Source: a virus
Strand: one strand, 5' to 3'
UHGV virus genome: UHGV-0382366
DNA length: 49,190 nucleotides
Shown: positions 27,703-37,346 of the stretch, piece after piece
Layout of the letters: every line of letters begins with the position of its first letter
Position numbering within the stretch: the first letter of the stretch is position 1
The notes under the pieces: model-generated
Told to the model about the DNA's origin: nothing
Database searches by the model: none
The model's input: the letters and a program-made list of their open reading frames with translations, nothing else
Translations under genes and position numbers: made by a program

Positions 27703-28326
27703 CTATTTCGCATATTTGTTGTTTCCATATTTTCTTGAGAGGTAAGCTTCTTCTTCGGATTTTGTTTCCGGTCTATAAGTACCATGAGTTCCTCTTACCC
27801 ACGTCTTTTTTCCTTCATCCGGTTCTTCCTGTTCGAACTCATCTGGGTATTTCTCTTTGACGCCTTTCATGTACTCATCTGCTCCAACAAAAGCCCCGTC
27901 TTTGAACTCCATCTTTTGTTCCAGAAACTCGTGTAAGATTGTCTTTCTGGATAAAGGAGATTTAATCTTCTGTGTATCCAGAAATCTCTCCGCTGCAAAC
28001 ATCTTGCGGTCTGATTCAATCTGGTCATTCAGTGCTTTTGTGTCTTCGTTGTACTTTTTCTCCCAGTCAGCGGCAGACTGCTTGATTCCGTCAATATCCA
28101 TGTCCTTGTAAGACTTAATCGTAGTGTTTGCTTCGCCGAGCTGCGTCTCCAGTCCATTGGCTCTCGTCTCAAGACTCTGGTACTTTTCCCTGCTGATATA
28201 GCCTCCCTCTGATAAATCCACAAATCTGACGTGCTTCAGCTTATCCTCGATTCCGTTGTTATGCTCCTGAATCTTTGCGTCTACCTGTCCGAAAAGTTCT
28301 TCTCCTAATACGTCTCTTAACTGCAT
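27703..28326 (-). CDS. Scaffolding protein (start at MQLRDVLGEE).
   Basis: Coiled-coil, acidic. Position before the MCP. The N-terminal 74 aa of the track ORF look non-coding. Confidence 0.65.
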   Translation of the reverse strand: MQLRDVLGEELFGQVDAKIQEHNNGIEDKLKHVRFVDLSEGGYISREKYQSLETRANGLETQLGEANTTIKSYKDMDIDGIKQSAADWEKKYNEDTKALNDQIESDRKMFAAERFLDTQKIKSPLSRKTILHEFLEQKMEFKDGAFVGADEYMKGVKEKYPDEFEQEEPDEGKKTWVRGTHGTYRPETKSEEEAYLSRKYGNNKYAK

Positions 28327-28475
28327 CTTTATTCCTTTCCTTGACCACTGTTTATTATCGCGGTGTCTCCGCTGGCCGTGGCAGTTATTCTCCCATGCCA
28401 CAGGGGATATTTCCCGCAGTTTAAATGTCTTGAGGGTTGATCGGACAAATACTATCCCCAAAATTGAGGAAAGCG

Positions 28476-28517
28476 TATAAAAATAGCACCTACCACTCTG
28501 GATAGATGCTGATTTAT
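28476..28517. repeat. Copy 2 of the ~40-bp conserved element (gtataaaaatAGCACCTACCActctgGATAGATGCtgattt), upstream of the scaffold gene.
   Basis: Aligns with 16861..16903. Confidence 0.5.
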
Positions 28518-28564
28518 TATTTTGATATAAAAAATACCACTCACTCAATTAAGAATAAATGGTA

Positions 28565-28759
28565 TTACTCTTTTACAATTTCCCAACGTCCACCTGGACT
28601 GCTACCATCAAGTGGTGCCGGATTCTCTTTTGAATACAAATAATCTTCTCCGCTGTCATCAATGACACGATACATTCCAGACTCTTCACTTGCTTCATAT
28701 ATTTTTCCATTCGTTAAAGAATCTACTCCAAATGATTCCCCTATATATCTCAGCTTCAT
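28565..28759 (-). CDS. Small hypothetical protein (64 aa).
   Basis: ORF whose start overlaps the MuF gene stop. Confidence 0.45.
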   Translation of the reverse strand: MKLRYIGESFGVDSLTNGKIYEASEESGMYRVIDDSGEDYLYSKENPAPLDGSSPGGRWEIVKE

Positions 28760-30225
28760 AATTTTTCCTTTCTTACCTTTAACTTCGCCTCGTACTGTTT
28801 GCCGCCCTTTTCATACCAGTGAATATCGAATATATACTTTCCGCTTTCTATTTTTCCTGCACATTTGCTCCAATCGCTTGCAACTCCACCATATCTCTCT
28901 GCCAGCCGCCCCGCAACTCTTAATTCCGTTTTGCTTCCTGTTCCAGCTATAATTTTCACGTTTTGAAACACTGTATTTGCCGGTATGAACTGTTTTTCTC
29001 CATTATACATATACGACAACTGTTCGTGCAAGAACTTTTTATCGGATGCCCTAGATCCAAACCATCTTCCCGGCAACACTCTTCCGAGCCCATCCATATA
29101 CACTCTCTGCATCTGTTCTGGAAGCTCCATCTTTTTAGAAAACCCCTGATATTCCCGGAGTGTGTTCAGATACTTTGCTTGGGCTGCCTGTATGTCCAAT
29201 TGACTGGCTTTTCCCTTTTTTAGAAGATCAATGTCACTTCTCTGCTTTCTCATTCTGGTTTCAAGTGTTCTCTGCCGCTGCTGTGCTTCATAGGCGTTGT
29301 ATATTTTTCCCTGATAAGACCTTGCGACCTGTTCATTTGCTTCCATTTCCCGCAATTGTTCCGGTGTGTACGTTCTGACAGACACACCGTCTACGAACGC
29401 GAAGTAACTATGCTTACAGTTAGCTCCGCACAGACCATCTACCTCTCCCAAACGACAGATCGAGATCAGTTCCTGCTTTGTATACACATTCCCTCCCCAC
29501 CAGTGAGAAGGTCTATGTCCGGCATGCCACGTTACTTCATAGGTGTCTGTCCCCAAATCCTTTGCCACCTGCTCATTAATCTGTGCAGCAAGTTGATGTA
29601 CACCAGTCATGACAGCTCGTCTGACCGCCACAGGGGCCCGATTTCCATATCCTGACGCATAATTTACTGTCCGTATCCCACTGGCTGTCATTTCCTTTAC
29701 TACACGCCTGAGAACGGTATTGTAATCGAACGCTCCGGTTACAATGTCCATACATGCACGATCAAGATACTTCTGATAGTACTCCGAAAATGGAGTGAAT
29801 ACTTTCTTTCCTCCGTAATCCAAAGCAAATCCCATTGATCGTGTGATATTCTGGATTTCATGTTTTGTCTGGCTTAGAATCGCTTTCGCCCATGTCTGCA
29901 TCTGCTCATTATCTTCATAAGGTGTAAAATGGGCATTTACCTGTTCGTAGATTTCTTTTGTTCTGGTGTAATCCTTTTCGATTACAGTATCATAAATCTC
30001 CCACAGCTCCGGATCAGTAAGCCCTGAAAGACGTTTGATTTCCGATTCAATGAACTCCGTGGAATTTCCAATGATCTGTATTCGGTTCAGCTGATAATCT
30101 GCTGTAGATGTAATTCCGCCTGTCTTTTTAATCCTCCTGACTACAGCTCTCATAATGCGGTTCTGTAATTCAAGAAACATCTTTTCAAGCTGCAGTGGCA
30201 GGTGTTCCATTTCCTTTGGCTGCAT
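28756..30225 (-). CDS. Phage head morphogenesis / minor head protein (SPP1 gp7 / Mu F-like) with a ~150-aa C-terminal extension.
   Basis: Position after the portal. Typical MuF-like N-terminal ~330 aa. Extra C-terminal domain (…KIESGKYIFDIHWYEKGGKQYEAKLK). Confidence 0.75.
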   Translation of the reverse strand: MQPKEMEHLPLQLEKMFLELQNRIMRAVVRRIKKTGGITSTADYQLNRIQIIGNSTEFIESEIKRLSGLTDPELWEIYDTVIEKDYTRTKEIYEQVNAHFTPYEDNEQMQTWAKAILSQTKHEIQNITRSMGFALDYGGKKVFTPFSEYYQKYLDRACMDIVTGAFDYNTVLRRVVKEMTASGIRTVNYASGYGNRAPVAVRRAVMTGVHQLAAQINEQVAKDLGTDTYEVTWHAGHRPSHWWGGNVYTKQELISICRLGEVDGLCGANCKHSYFAFVDGVSVRTYTPEQLREMEANEQVARSYQGKIYNAYEAQQRQRTLETRMRKQRSDIDLLKKGKASQLDIQAAQAKYLNTLREYQGFSKKMELPEQMQRVYMDGLGRVLPGRWFGSRASDKKFLHEQLSYMYNGEKQFIPANTVFQNVKIIAGTGSKTELRVAGRLAERYGGVASDWSKCAGKIESGKYIFDIHWYEKGGKQYEAKLKVRKEKL

Positions 30226-30236
30226 ATCTTCACGCC

Positions 30237-31616
30237 CTATTCCATTATATCTTCCAGGTTAAATTGTGACGCCTTCTGCAACATAATAATTGCCTGTTCC
30301 TCTGTTTCTCCAAAACGCTTCATTCGATATTCCACGGGACCAACAACCCCAAGACTATAATCTGCCCGAAGCTGTTCCGTCTCATATTTCTTGTCTGTTA
30401 CAAGGGAATCATCCCAACTGCAGGATACTTCTACCTTTCCGTCTGCAGAAATGCTACCAAGCGACATCCATACTTCCACTGCTGCCACAAGATTCTCAAG
30501 TGCGTTCCCAAGGCTATTCTGAATAGATTTTACCGTTGCGTAAGAGCGTTGCTTACTGGCCTTAATTTCTTCTGCTGTCTTATCCACTACCTGTGGATCT
30601 GAAAGAGTTCCATAAGCCAGACCACAGTTAAACTCTACTTTCTGTATGATCCTGTTGTACCCGTTGAAGAAGCTCTCATCCCGGATTTCCGGTGAATACG
30701 CATTAAAAAAGGGATTTCCATCCCTACTCATCACATTCGGCCCCATTGCCCGGTAAAGCCGTTCTTTCCCTTTTGGCAGGATAACTTCTCCCTGCCGGTT
30801 CTTCCGGAAAAATTCATCCGCTGCCTGAATTGCCGTTTCCTTTGATTTGTATTCCCACAGCACTGCTCCATACTGCTCATCAGCATCCCGAATCTGATTC
30901 ACGGCTCTTGCATAGATCGATACACCAAGAGGAGAATGGATGTCTGTATTGTTTGCCAATGGAATTTTGAAGTAAGAAAACAGCATCCTGTCCGCATTCT
31001 GAAACTCGACATAAGGGGCAATATCTGACCATTCCGGTACTTCTTCCAGATTGATCTCCTGTCCGAGATTTACGATATCATCCGTTTTTACCATTGCTTT
31101 CTTACTGATAAAAGCTTTGTTCACAATGCTGTATCTATCGCCCTGTAATGCGTGATATTCAAGTCTTGTATAAAGATTCTTTCCAGCGCGCTTAAATTCT
31201 GGGAAGATAGCCGCTGTAATCTCTCCTGCGCTGTTAAACTCTACCGGATAAAAGTCACCGGCTCTCACTACATCTATCTCAATCCCTTTCTGGGATAAAT
31301 ACGGTTTAAAGACCACACCGCCTGTACTGCAGGCAAATTCTGTGTAGTTTGAAATCTCATTTAGAAACGGCTGTATCCCCTCTTTAATCATTTCAGCTTT
31401 GCTTCCGCCCGTAATATTGATACTGGATTCCATTGTCACCAGTCTTGCCATTTCGGAGCAGATTGCTGCCGGGAGGTTCAATCCCTTTACATCATCATTC
31501 AGCCAGGGGGATTCGTTGATATACATCTTCGACCAACGATAGATTGCCTGTGCCATTCTCTGGGATACCGCAACATCCACTCCCATTGCCTGTTTTATAG
31601 TTTCATACTGTATCAA
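30237..31616 (-). CDS. Portal protein.
   Basis: 459 aa. Directly after the large terminase. Confidence 0.85.
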   Translation of the reverse strand: MIQYETIKQAMGVDVAVSQRMAQAIYRWSKMYINESPWLNDDVKGLNLPAAICSEMARLVTMESSINITGGSKAEMIKEGIQPFLNEISNYTEFACSTGGVVFKPYLSQKGIEIDVVRAGDFYPVEFNSAGEITAAIFPEFKRAGKNLYTRLEYHALQGDRYSIVNKAFISKKAMVKTDDIVNLGQEINLEEVPEWSDIAPYVEFQNADRMLFSYFKIPLANNTDIHSPLGVSIYARAVNQIRDADEQYGAVLWEYKSKETAIQAADEFFRKNRQGEVILPKGKERLYRAMGPNVMSRDGNPFFNAYSPEIRDESFFNGYNRIIQKVEFNCGLAYGTLSDPQVVDKTAEEIKASKQRSYATVKSIQNSLGNALENLVAAVEVWMSLGSISADGKVEVSCSWDDSLVTDKKYETEQLRADYSLGVVGPVEYRMKRFGETEEQAIIMLQKASQFNLEDIME

Positions 31617-32971
31617 CGTTCCTCACCTCTTTCTGATATTGGCAACATAAATTTAATCTGGTTCCACATTCCGACGCATAAATAGCGTGTTCCATCAAGC
31701 GCATGATCGTTCTCTTTTACTGGAATCTCAACACCTTTTTTAATTCCATCTGTATTATACTGATAAAGCCCAAACTCCTTAATCAGCATCTTTTGTTTCT
31801 CGCTGACGATCATCCTTCCGAAAGACAATAGTTTCTGCACACGGCTGATCCCCAACTTGACATCATTCTGCGCCGGTATAACCGGTATATGGGGGATGAC
31901 TCTCCGTATTTCCTCAATCAGACCTGCTGCCGATGGATCCACGAATATGTAGCTGACTACACGGTCATACTCCTGTTCTATCTTGTCGCAGAATGTTTTC
32001 ATATTCTGTGCATACTCCGAAGGAGATTTCTGTGTTCCACTTTCTCGCCCAGAATAGTAATACTCATCGATTCCACGCAGGACCTGATTTTGATAGTCAA
32101 TGCCGAACGCTTCATAGACTGTTGCATTCTGCTGACCGTAATCCACTCCAATTCCAATCTCCCCAATGCTTCGTTTCTCTTCCTCAATGTAATCTTCTGG
32201 CTGATAAATATGCTTCTCTGCTGAAAACATATAGTAGATCAAGTCATCCACTCCAGTAGGCTCGCCCAACCATGTCCATCGGTACATCTTGATATCCGCT
32301 CGCATCATAGCTTCTGCAGAATCAATCAGATCCTGTCCCAACCAATCAACCGGAACATCCTTATAGCTTGTGTGAATATGGATGCAGTCTTCCCGTTCTT
32401 CCATCTTCTTGCACCAGAGGTTGATCGGAGCATTCGGATTCTTCGGCGGATTGTAAAGATAGATCATCTGGAAACCAGCTTTGTTTCCACGGACGAACGT
32501 TGCTTCTATATTCGCCAGTTCATCTTCCCCTTCCCCGTCATCAAAGAACTCTGTCAGCTCATCCAATACTACAAGCTTTATCGGCTTGTCCTCATCGATG
32601 ATACCTTTTGTATCGTCAATTCCATCAGAACCGGAGAAATACATCGTTGTATTGTGTTTTTTATACGTGATCTCCATCGGTGATTTTCCGATCTTGAAAT
32701 ATGACTTGGGGATTTCTAGCCGGTTAATGCCCCGAAGCATTTCTTTGTACACTGTTTTCCGTAGCTTATTGTGATGCTTGCGAAGAACTACTGCTGAACC
32801 ATTCGCATCATCCACCAACTGGAAGATTCCTCTGACTCCTGCATAACTGGATTTTGTACCGGCACGGCCAGATGTCAGGATAATATGTTTATGCTGCTTA
32901 TCGTTAAATAAAGACAGATATTTCGGAATGATCAGATCTGATATTCTAACCTGTTTCTTTGTCTGCATCAT
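31613..32971 (-). CDS. Terminase large subunit.
   Basis: N-terminal ATPase Walker A-like GRAGTKS. C-terminal nuclease region. Position. Confidence 0.9.
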   Translation of the reverse strand: MMQTKKQVRISDLIIPKYLSLFNDKQHKHIILTSGRAGTKSSYAGVRGIFQLVDDANGSAVVLRKHHNKLRKTVYKEMLRGINRLEIPKSYFKIGKSPMEITYKKHNTTMYFSGSDGIDDTKGIIDEDKPIKLVVLDELTEFFDDGEGEDELANIEATFVRGNKAGFQMIYLYNPPKNPNAPINLWCKKMEEREDCIHIHTSYKDVPVDWLGQDLIDSAEAMMRADIKMYRWTWLGEPTGVDDLIYYMFSAEKHIYQPEDYIEEEKRSIGEIGIGVDYGQQNATVYEAFGIDYQNQVLRGIDEYYYSGRESGTQKSPSEYAQNMKTFCDKIEQEYDRVVSYIFVDPSAAGLIEEIRRVIPHIPVIPAQNDVKLGISRVQKLLSFGRMIVSEKQKMLIKEFGLYQYNTDGIKKGVEIPVKENDHALDGTRYLCVGMWNQIKFMLPISERGEER

Positions 32972-33410
32972 TGATAATCTCTACTCCTTCCGTTTCATCC
33001 TCATTACTGCAATCTCTGTTCAGCTTATCTGCGTTTGCCCGTTTCAATTCTGTATCTGCTTCTCGGTTGCGTCTGTTCTCATCCGGTTCCGGCGATTGCC
33101 CTGCATACTTCGCTACGAATGTGGCTGCCTGTGTATTTCCGCCCAACGCTTCTTTGATCTGCGCCATCAAAAGAGCCGATTCCAGAGTGCACTCAACTCC
33201 AAGTGACTCCAGAACCGGCTTCCATTCAGGACTATCTATTTCAGCAGTAAGCAGCATGTTCAATGTCTTTCGGAAATCCGCTTTTCTTCTCCTTGCTTCT
33301 CCGCTTGCTTTACCACCTTTAGAAGTAATTATTCGTAGTTCCTCCGTTGTTCGTTTATCAAATCCACGATCTTTTATGTTATCATAACCTGCCACTTCAC
33401 CACCTTCCAA
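32946..33410 (-). CDS. Terminase small subunit (TTG or GTG start).
   Basis: Small gene overlapping the terL start. HTH-like N-terminus. Confidence 0.55.
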   Translation of the reverse strand: MEGGEVAGYDNIKDRGFDKRTTEELRIITSKGGKASGEARRRKADFRKTLNMLLTAEIDSPEWKPVLESLGVECTLESALLMAQIKEALGGNTQAATFVAKYAGQSPEPDENRRNREADTELKRANADKLNRDCSNEDETEGVEIINDADKETG

Positions 33411-33464
33411 TCTGTTAATTTAATGCATAGAAAAAGAGACACCGAAGTGCCCCCTTAATAATTA

Positions 33465-33932
33465 TTATCGTTTATACCGTTTACATAAATCATGTAAAAT
33501 CTCCATTAGACAAATAATTGAATCTGGTCTTATTGGCTCCTTGTCTTTTTCAGAATTTCCTCTTTCGTACAAATATCTCCACTTGGTATATACCATTTTT
33601 ATATTTTCAAGTTCAACATCAAAATTCGTGTTTCCACTTATCTTTTCATCAAACTTTTCTTTGCACCATCTCTTATCGTCATCACTTATTAATTTAAATA
33701 ATTCATCTAAATCATGCTCTATTTTCAAGAAATTCTTGTTTTTATATACCAGTGCTTTCAAATATAGCTCACATGTTAAAGCCCCTATGTTTATTATCGG
33801 AATTATTAACTGCATATAATCACTTAGTGAATCAGTCGTTTCATTTCCTTCAATTTTTTCAAATAATACCCTCACTGCATAATAATAGTTATTAGCAGTA
33901 TCTACAATGTTAATATATTTTTCTTTATCCAT
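33465..33932 (-). CDS. Hypothetical alpha-helical protein (155 aa) in an AT-rich moron. HEPN-like appearance is uncertain.
   Basis: ORF with visibly lower GC than the flanking structural genes. No canonical Rx4-6H motif was found. Confidence 0.5.
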   Translation of the reverse strand: MDKEKYINIVDTANNYYYAVRVLFEKIEGNETTDSLSDYMQLIIPIINIGALTCELYLKALVYKNKNFLKIEHDLDELFKLISDDDKRWCKEKFDEKISGNTNFDVELENIKMVYTKWRYLYERGNSEKDKEPIRPDSIICLMEILHDLCKRYKR

Positions 33933-34284
33933 TCGCTCCTCCTTTTAATACAATCCTATTTTGCCAAACTTCTTTGCACCTTAATATAATAATCCAAATT
34001 CCAAGATATCGCTCAATAAGTCTGACTATATTTTTCAGAACCGTATTAAATTTTAAAGGTGCTTATACATCTGGCTGTTACATCTATTTCAACAACAGCG
34101 CTATCGATGTATTTAGTGTATCATATCATTTTAGCACTCGCAAGTGTAGAGTGCTAATTTATACTTTTTTAATATTTAGGACTACTGCAAAATGAAAGAA
34201 TTATAACAGCAACAAAAACCAAAATAACCAAGTACACAATCGAAAATTATATAAACAAAAGAGGAACCTTGCAGTACTCCACAA

Positions 34285-34357
34285 CGGGTATAGCAGGATT
34301 CGAACCTGCGACACATCGGTTAACAGCCGATCGCTCTCCCAACTGAGCTATACACCC
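34285..34357 (-). tRNA. tRNA-Asn (anticodon GUU).
   Basis: Cloverleaf read on the - strand: acceptor GGGTGTA/TATACCC, D-arm GCTCAGTTGGGAGAGC, anticodon loop CTGTTAA, T-arm GCAGGTTCGAATCCTGC. No encoded CCA. Confidence 0.85.
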
Positions 34358-34547
34358 GTAGGATGCCTTTTATTGACATCCTTTACCCTATCCGCACTCG
34401 GGCACTGACACAAAATATAGATTGCTGAATCTATTTGTTTGTTTTGCAGATCTGCGGATATCTGCGTTTTGGTACCATTGCAATGTAAGTCCGGTGTGCA
34501 CTCCCAGAACAGACCTCAGCTGTGCAGCCTGCATCTTACATCACAAA

Positions 34548-34591
34548 GCCGTGTGCAGGGGTCGAACCTGCTTGTCCCAACTGACCACGGC
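34548..34591 (-). ncRNA. tRNA-like remnant (acceptor stem + D-loop + T-arm, anticodon arm missing).
   Basis: GCCGTGG-TCAGTTGGGAC-AAGCAGGTTCGACCCCTGC-ACACGGC on the - strand, about 190 nt from tRNA-Asn. Confidence 0.35.
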
Positions 34592-34713
34592 ATAGAAACA
34601 CCGCCAGACAAGAAAGGGGAGAAGTCCGGCGGTGTTCCGAATGTTTGGAAAGATTGTTTTAGAACAATATACAATCGTTCTAGGATAATTATAGCATAAG
34701 TAAAATATAAATG

Positions 34714-35136
34714 CTATAAATCTTTAAGCTGTGCGCTTATAATCTGCGATACTCGCGCCTGGGTATATCCAATTTCATCTGCGACTTTTTGCTGGGTTTT
34801 CCCCTCAAGATAGTGCAACTCAAATATCTCTTTAATCTCCGGATCATCAATCCCATTTATGTAGTCTTCGACTTCTTCTTGCTCTTTCAGGATCCGCAGC
34901 CTGTCCGCTTCTTTTCGCCTAATCTGCTGTCTTACATTCTCGTCTTCGTAAGGATCATACATCTGGACTGATGTTCGCACTTCCGTGTATGGGAAATCTG
35001 CACTGGATCCTGTTACTTTCCCCATAACAACAGTTGGTTCCCGTTCGCAGAGTTCTTGTATCTGGTTCTCAATCCGGATAAGTCTATCTTTGTTTGGCTT
35101 ATACTTTTTCAGTGTTTTCTTGTCCAACTCAATCAC
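34714..35136 (-). CDS. ArpU-family / sigma-70 region-4-like late transcription regulator.
   Basis: C-terminal HTH FELHYLEGKTQQKVADEIGYTQARVSQI. Position immediately upstream of the packaging genes. Confidence 0.65.
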   Translation of the reverse strand: MIELDKKTLKKYKPNKDRLIRIENQIQELCEREPTVVMGKVTGSSADFPYTEVRTSVQMYDPYEDENVRQQIRRKEADRLRILKEQEEVEDYINGIDDPEIKEIFELHYLEGKTQQKVADEIGYTQARVSQIISAQLKDL

Positions 35137-35353
35137 CTCCCGGAATCCGCTCTTTTATGTTGTTTTTCTCTGCTATGTAGTCCACAGTATCCTTATTCGC
35201 CCTCTCGCCGCCTTTAAAGTCACAGGCAAAGGCTTTATGCCCCTTTTGCTTTAAAGCTGTCTCACAGGGCTTTCTCGTTGCCATAGTGTACGCTTCAATC
35301 TTTCGGATAACTCCTGCTGTCTCCTTTCTACGTTTCATGCTCTCTCTTGTCAT
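35129..35353 (-). CDS. Hypothetical basic protein (74 aa).
   Basis: ORF with coupled start/stop. Confidence 0.4.
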   Translation of the reverse strand: MTRESMKRRKETAGVIRKIEAYTMATRKPCETALKQKGHKAFACDFKGGERANKDTVDYIAEKNNIKERIPGGD

Positions 35354-35631
35354 TCCTGTACCACCTCAATTTCCTCTCCGGTCAACTCTTCCAGCTTCAT
35401 CCGCATTTCTTCCACGGTCAACTCTTCCAGCTTCATCCGCATTTCTTCCACGGTCATTTTCTTTAGTTTTTTTCGCTCCCAGATGAGTTCGAGGTTGTCA
35501 TCATGCATGATACTGCTAATTTTTTCCATGCATTTAATCTTATATACCCTAACTATTTCCAAACCGCTTGCCACATTTTTTAAGTTTTCGTTATAGTCTC
35601 CCAAATCCGAATATCCATCTTCGCCAATCAA
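35350..35631 (-). CDS. Hypothetical protein (93 aa) containing a perfect 12-aa tandem duplication.
   Basis: VEEMRMKLEELT x2 encoded by a 36-bp perfect tandem repeat. Confidence 0.5.
   Translation of the reverse strand: MIGEDGYSDLGDYNENLKNVASGLEIVRVYKIKCMEKISSIMHDDNLELIWERKKLKKMTVEEMRMKLEELTVEEMRMKLEELTGEEIEVVQE
35380..35451. repeat. Perfect 36-bp x2 tandem duplication (ggtcaactcttccagcttcatccgcatttcttccac).
   Basis: Read directly from the sequence. Confidence 0.85.
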
Positions 35632-35639
35632 AAAGCCGC

Positions 35640-35981
35640 CTAAAGTCTTTTCCCGAAATAGTTATCATTATATTCGACCACCATTCCGCTTTTTAAATCT
35701 ACCTTGGTAAATTCTTTGTTCATGTAATCGCTCCATTCTAAAATTTTGCATTTATACTTCTCGAAGTAATCATAACTTTGATACCCACCATCTCCACCGT
35801 AACACGTTTTATCCCTGTATACCTCATAGTATGTGTAACTCAAATAACTGCCCCCAGATGCCCATTCCATGCCATGCTTATACATCTGTTTACAAAAGTC
35901 TATTGCTTCTTCCTCGGTCTTACAATGCACCACAATCTTATTGTCTTTATTTTTAAATTCATCCCAGTTAAATTTTTTCAT
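35640..35981 (-). CDS. Hypothetical protein (113 aa).
   Basis: ORF with RBS. Confidence 0.5.
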   Translation of the reverse strand: MKKFNWDEFKNKDNKIVVHCKTEEEAIDFCKQMYKHGMEWASGGSYLSYTYYEVYRDKTCYGGDGGYQSYDYFEKYKCKILEWSDYMNKEFTKVDLKSGMVVEYNDNYFGKRL

Positions 35982-35985
35982 CTTC

Positions 35986-36177
35986 CTACCTCACTATCTT
36001 TCGCACAATCCAATCCAAAAACACCACAAATAACAGTATCGGGAATCCCGCAGCCATCAGGTAATCCGCACCTTCTAGTTTTACATCCTCTTCCAATCCT
36101 GTCTTTAAAGTAATCACGGTTCCCAGCACCAATATGTAGTAAATGGCCAGGAATGCGATTGTGATTAAAATGTCCAT
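35986..36177 (-). CDS. Small membrane protein (63 aa).
   Basis: Two hydrophobic helices. Confidence 0.4.
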   Translation of the reverse strand: MDILITIAFLAIYYILVLGTVITLKTGLEEDVKLEGADYLMAAGFPILLFVVFLDWIVRKIVR

Positions 36178-36178
36178 G

Positions 36179-36550
36179 TTATTCCTCCTTGTATGGTTCT
36201 GGAAGTGGCTGCCATGCTATAATTCCATCCACTTCTCCGAACGCTGCGTCTAAGTCCGCATCATACTCTACTAAATAGATGTATTTCCCATCTGTGCATA
36301 AAACTTCTTTTCCATCCTCCGGCAGCCTCTCTCCCACCGGGATCCAACCGTCATTATTATCCAGAACTTCGTCCATGTGGGAACGAATTATATTTCTGCA
36401 CCATACTAGCTCTTCATATCGACCTTGTATTCTTCCGGCTTCATAACATTCCTCACCATCCAGAAAATCATCATCTTCATTGACTGGAATGTTTTTAACC
36501 ATGTTCACACGTTCTTCAATCTCTTCTAAAATCTTCTCTAGTACGTTCAT
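36179..36550 (-). CDS. DUF551-like phage protein.
   Basis: C-terminal WIPVGERLPEDG...AWQPLPEPY pattern. Confidence 0.55.
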   Translation of the reverse strand: MNVLEKILEEIEERVNMVKNIPVNEDDDFLDGEECYEAGRIQGRYEELVWCRNIIRSHMDEVLDNNDGWIPVGERLPEDGKEVLCTDGKYIYLVEYDADLDAAFGEVDGIIAWQPLPEPYKEE

Positions 36551-36662
36551 TTACTCCGTCTCCTATATTTCTTATCCATAACGCAATAACCTTTTTCACA
36601 ATAACATTCTGTTGATTTATAGTAGTTTTTATAATATTTGCATTTTATGCACTCTTTTTTCA

Positions 36663-37181
36663 TTATTCCACCTCCAACAACTCTGGATTATCAAAAATGT
36701 TTCCGACCGATTTATAATCTCTCCCATGTAATGTCTTTCCGTAGCTAAACCCTATTGGATATTGTCCTATGCATGTATTGCTTATAGGCACAACCCCAAA
36801 ATCAGCATACTCTTTTCTCCAAATGACTTTATATAATCCACATTCTTCTTTTCTTTTATTACATTCAACAATATCATTCTCCCAAATCTTCCGACCACTC
36901 CAATCTTCAATCTTATTTTTTCTGTCTTTTCTATAATTCCAATCGGAAAGAAATGATTCTTTTTCTGCTTCGGTAAGATCTCTCCATTTTGTATTGTCAT
37001 GTAATCCTGTGAACTGGCAGACCATATTACCGTCACATCTAAATAATTGGTCTTCGAAATTGTTTATCAGAACTATATCACCATACCTCATGTGCAACAA
37101 ATCACCTTCCACCCACCACTGATCTTTTGGAAGCTCTTCCCAATCTTTTCTCTTTGCTTTAAAAAGGATTTCTCTATTCAT
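36663..37181 (-). CDS. YopX-family phage protein.
   Basis: ILFKAKRKDW...WVEGDL...QFTGLHD...IWENDIV pattern. Confidence 0.6.
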   Translation of the reverse strand: MNREILFKAKRKDWEELPKDQWWVEGDLLHMRYGDIVLINNFEDQLFRCDGNMVCQFTGLHDNTKWRDLTEAEKESFLSDWNYRKDRKNKIEDWSGRKIWENDIVECNKRKEECGLYKVIWRKEYADFGVVPISNTCIGQYPIGFSYGKTLHGRDYKSVGNIFDNPELLEVE

Positions 37182-37346
37182 CTTTTACCTCCACTTCATT
37201 GTCGTATTTCAGGCACTTTCCATCCTTGTACGCTATGCATTTCTCTTTAATGCACGGATGCAACACTGGTCTGATAAAATCTCCATTCCCAATAAGCATT
37301 GCTTTTACCTCTTCTTTTCCGACTAAATCAGGGCAAAATAAAATCA

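Noticed and set aside
33974-34195. 73-aa + strand ORF in the AT-rich spacer
   Set aside because: Low-complexity translation and no RBS. The region is better explained as non-coding with a terminator hairpin.
34360-34713. Possible tmRNA or group-I-intron-containing tRNA between tRNA-Asn and the late regulator
   Set aside because: The acceptor halves of the tRNA-like piece are contiguous (no mRNA-like insert or pseudoknots). No tmRNA-like 5' GGGG…/3' …CCA pairing or tag ORF was seen. Only a tRNA remnant is claimed.
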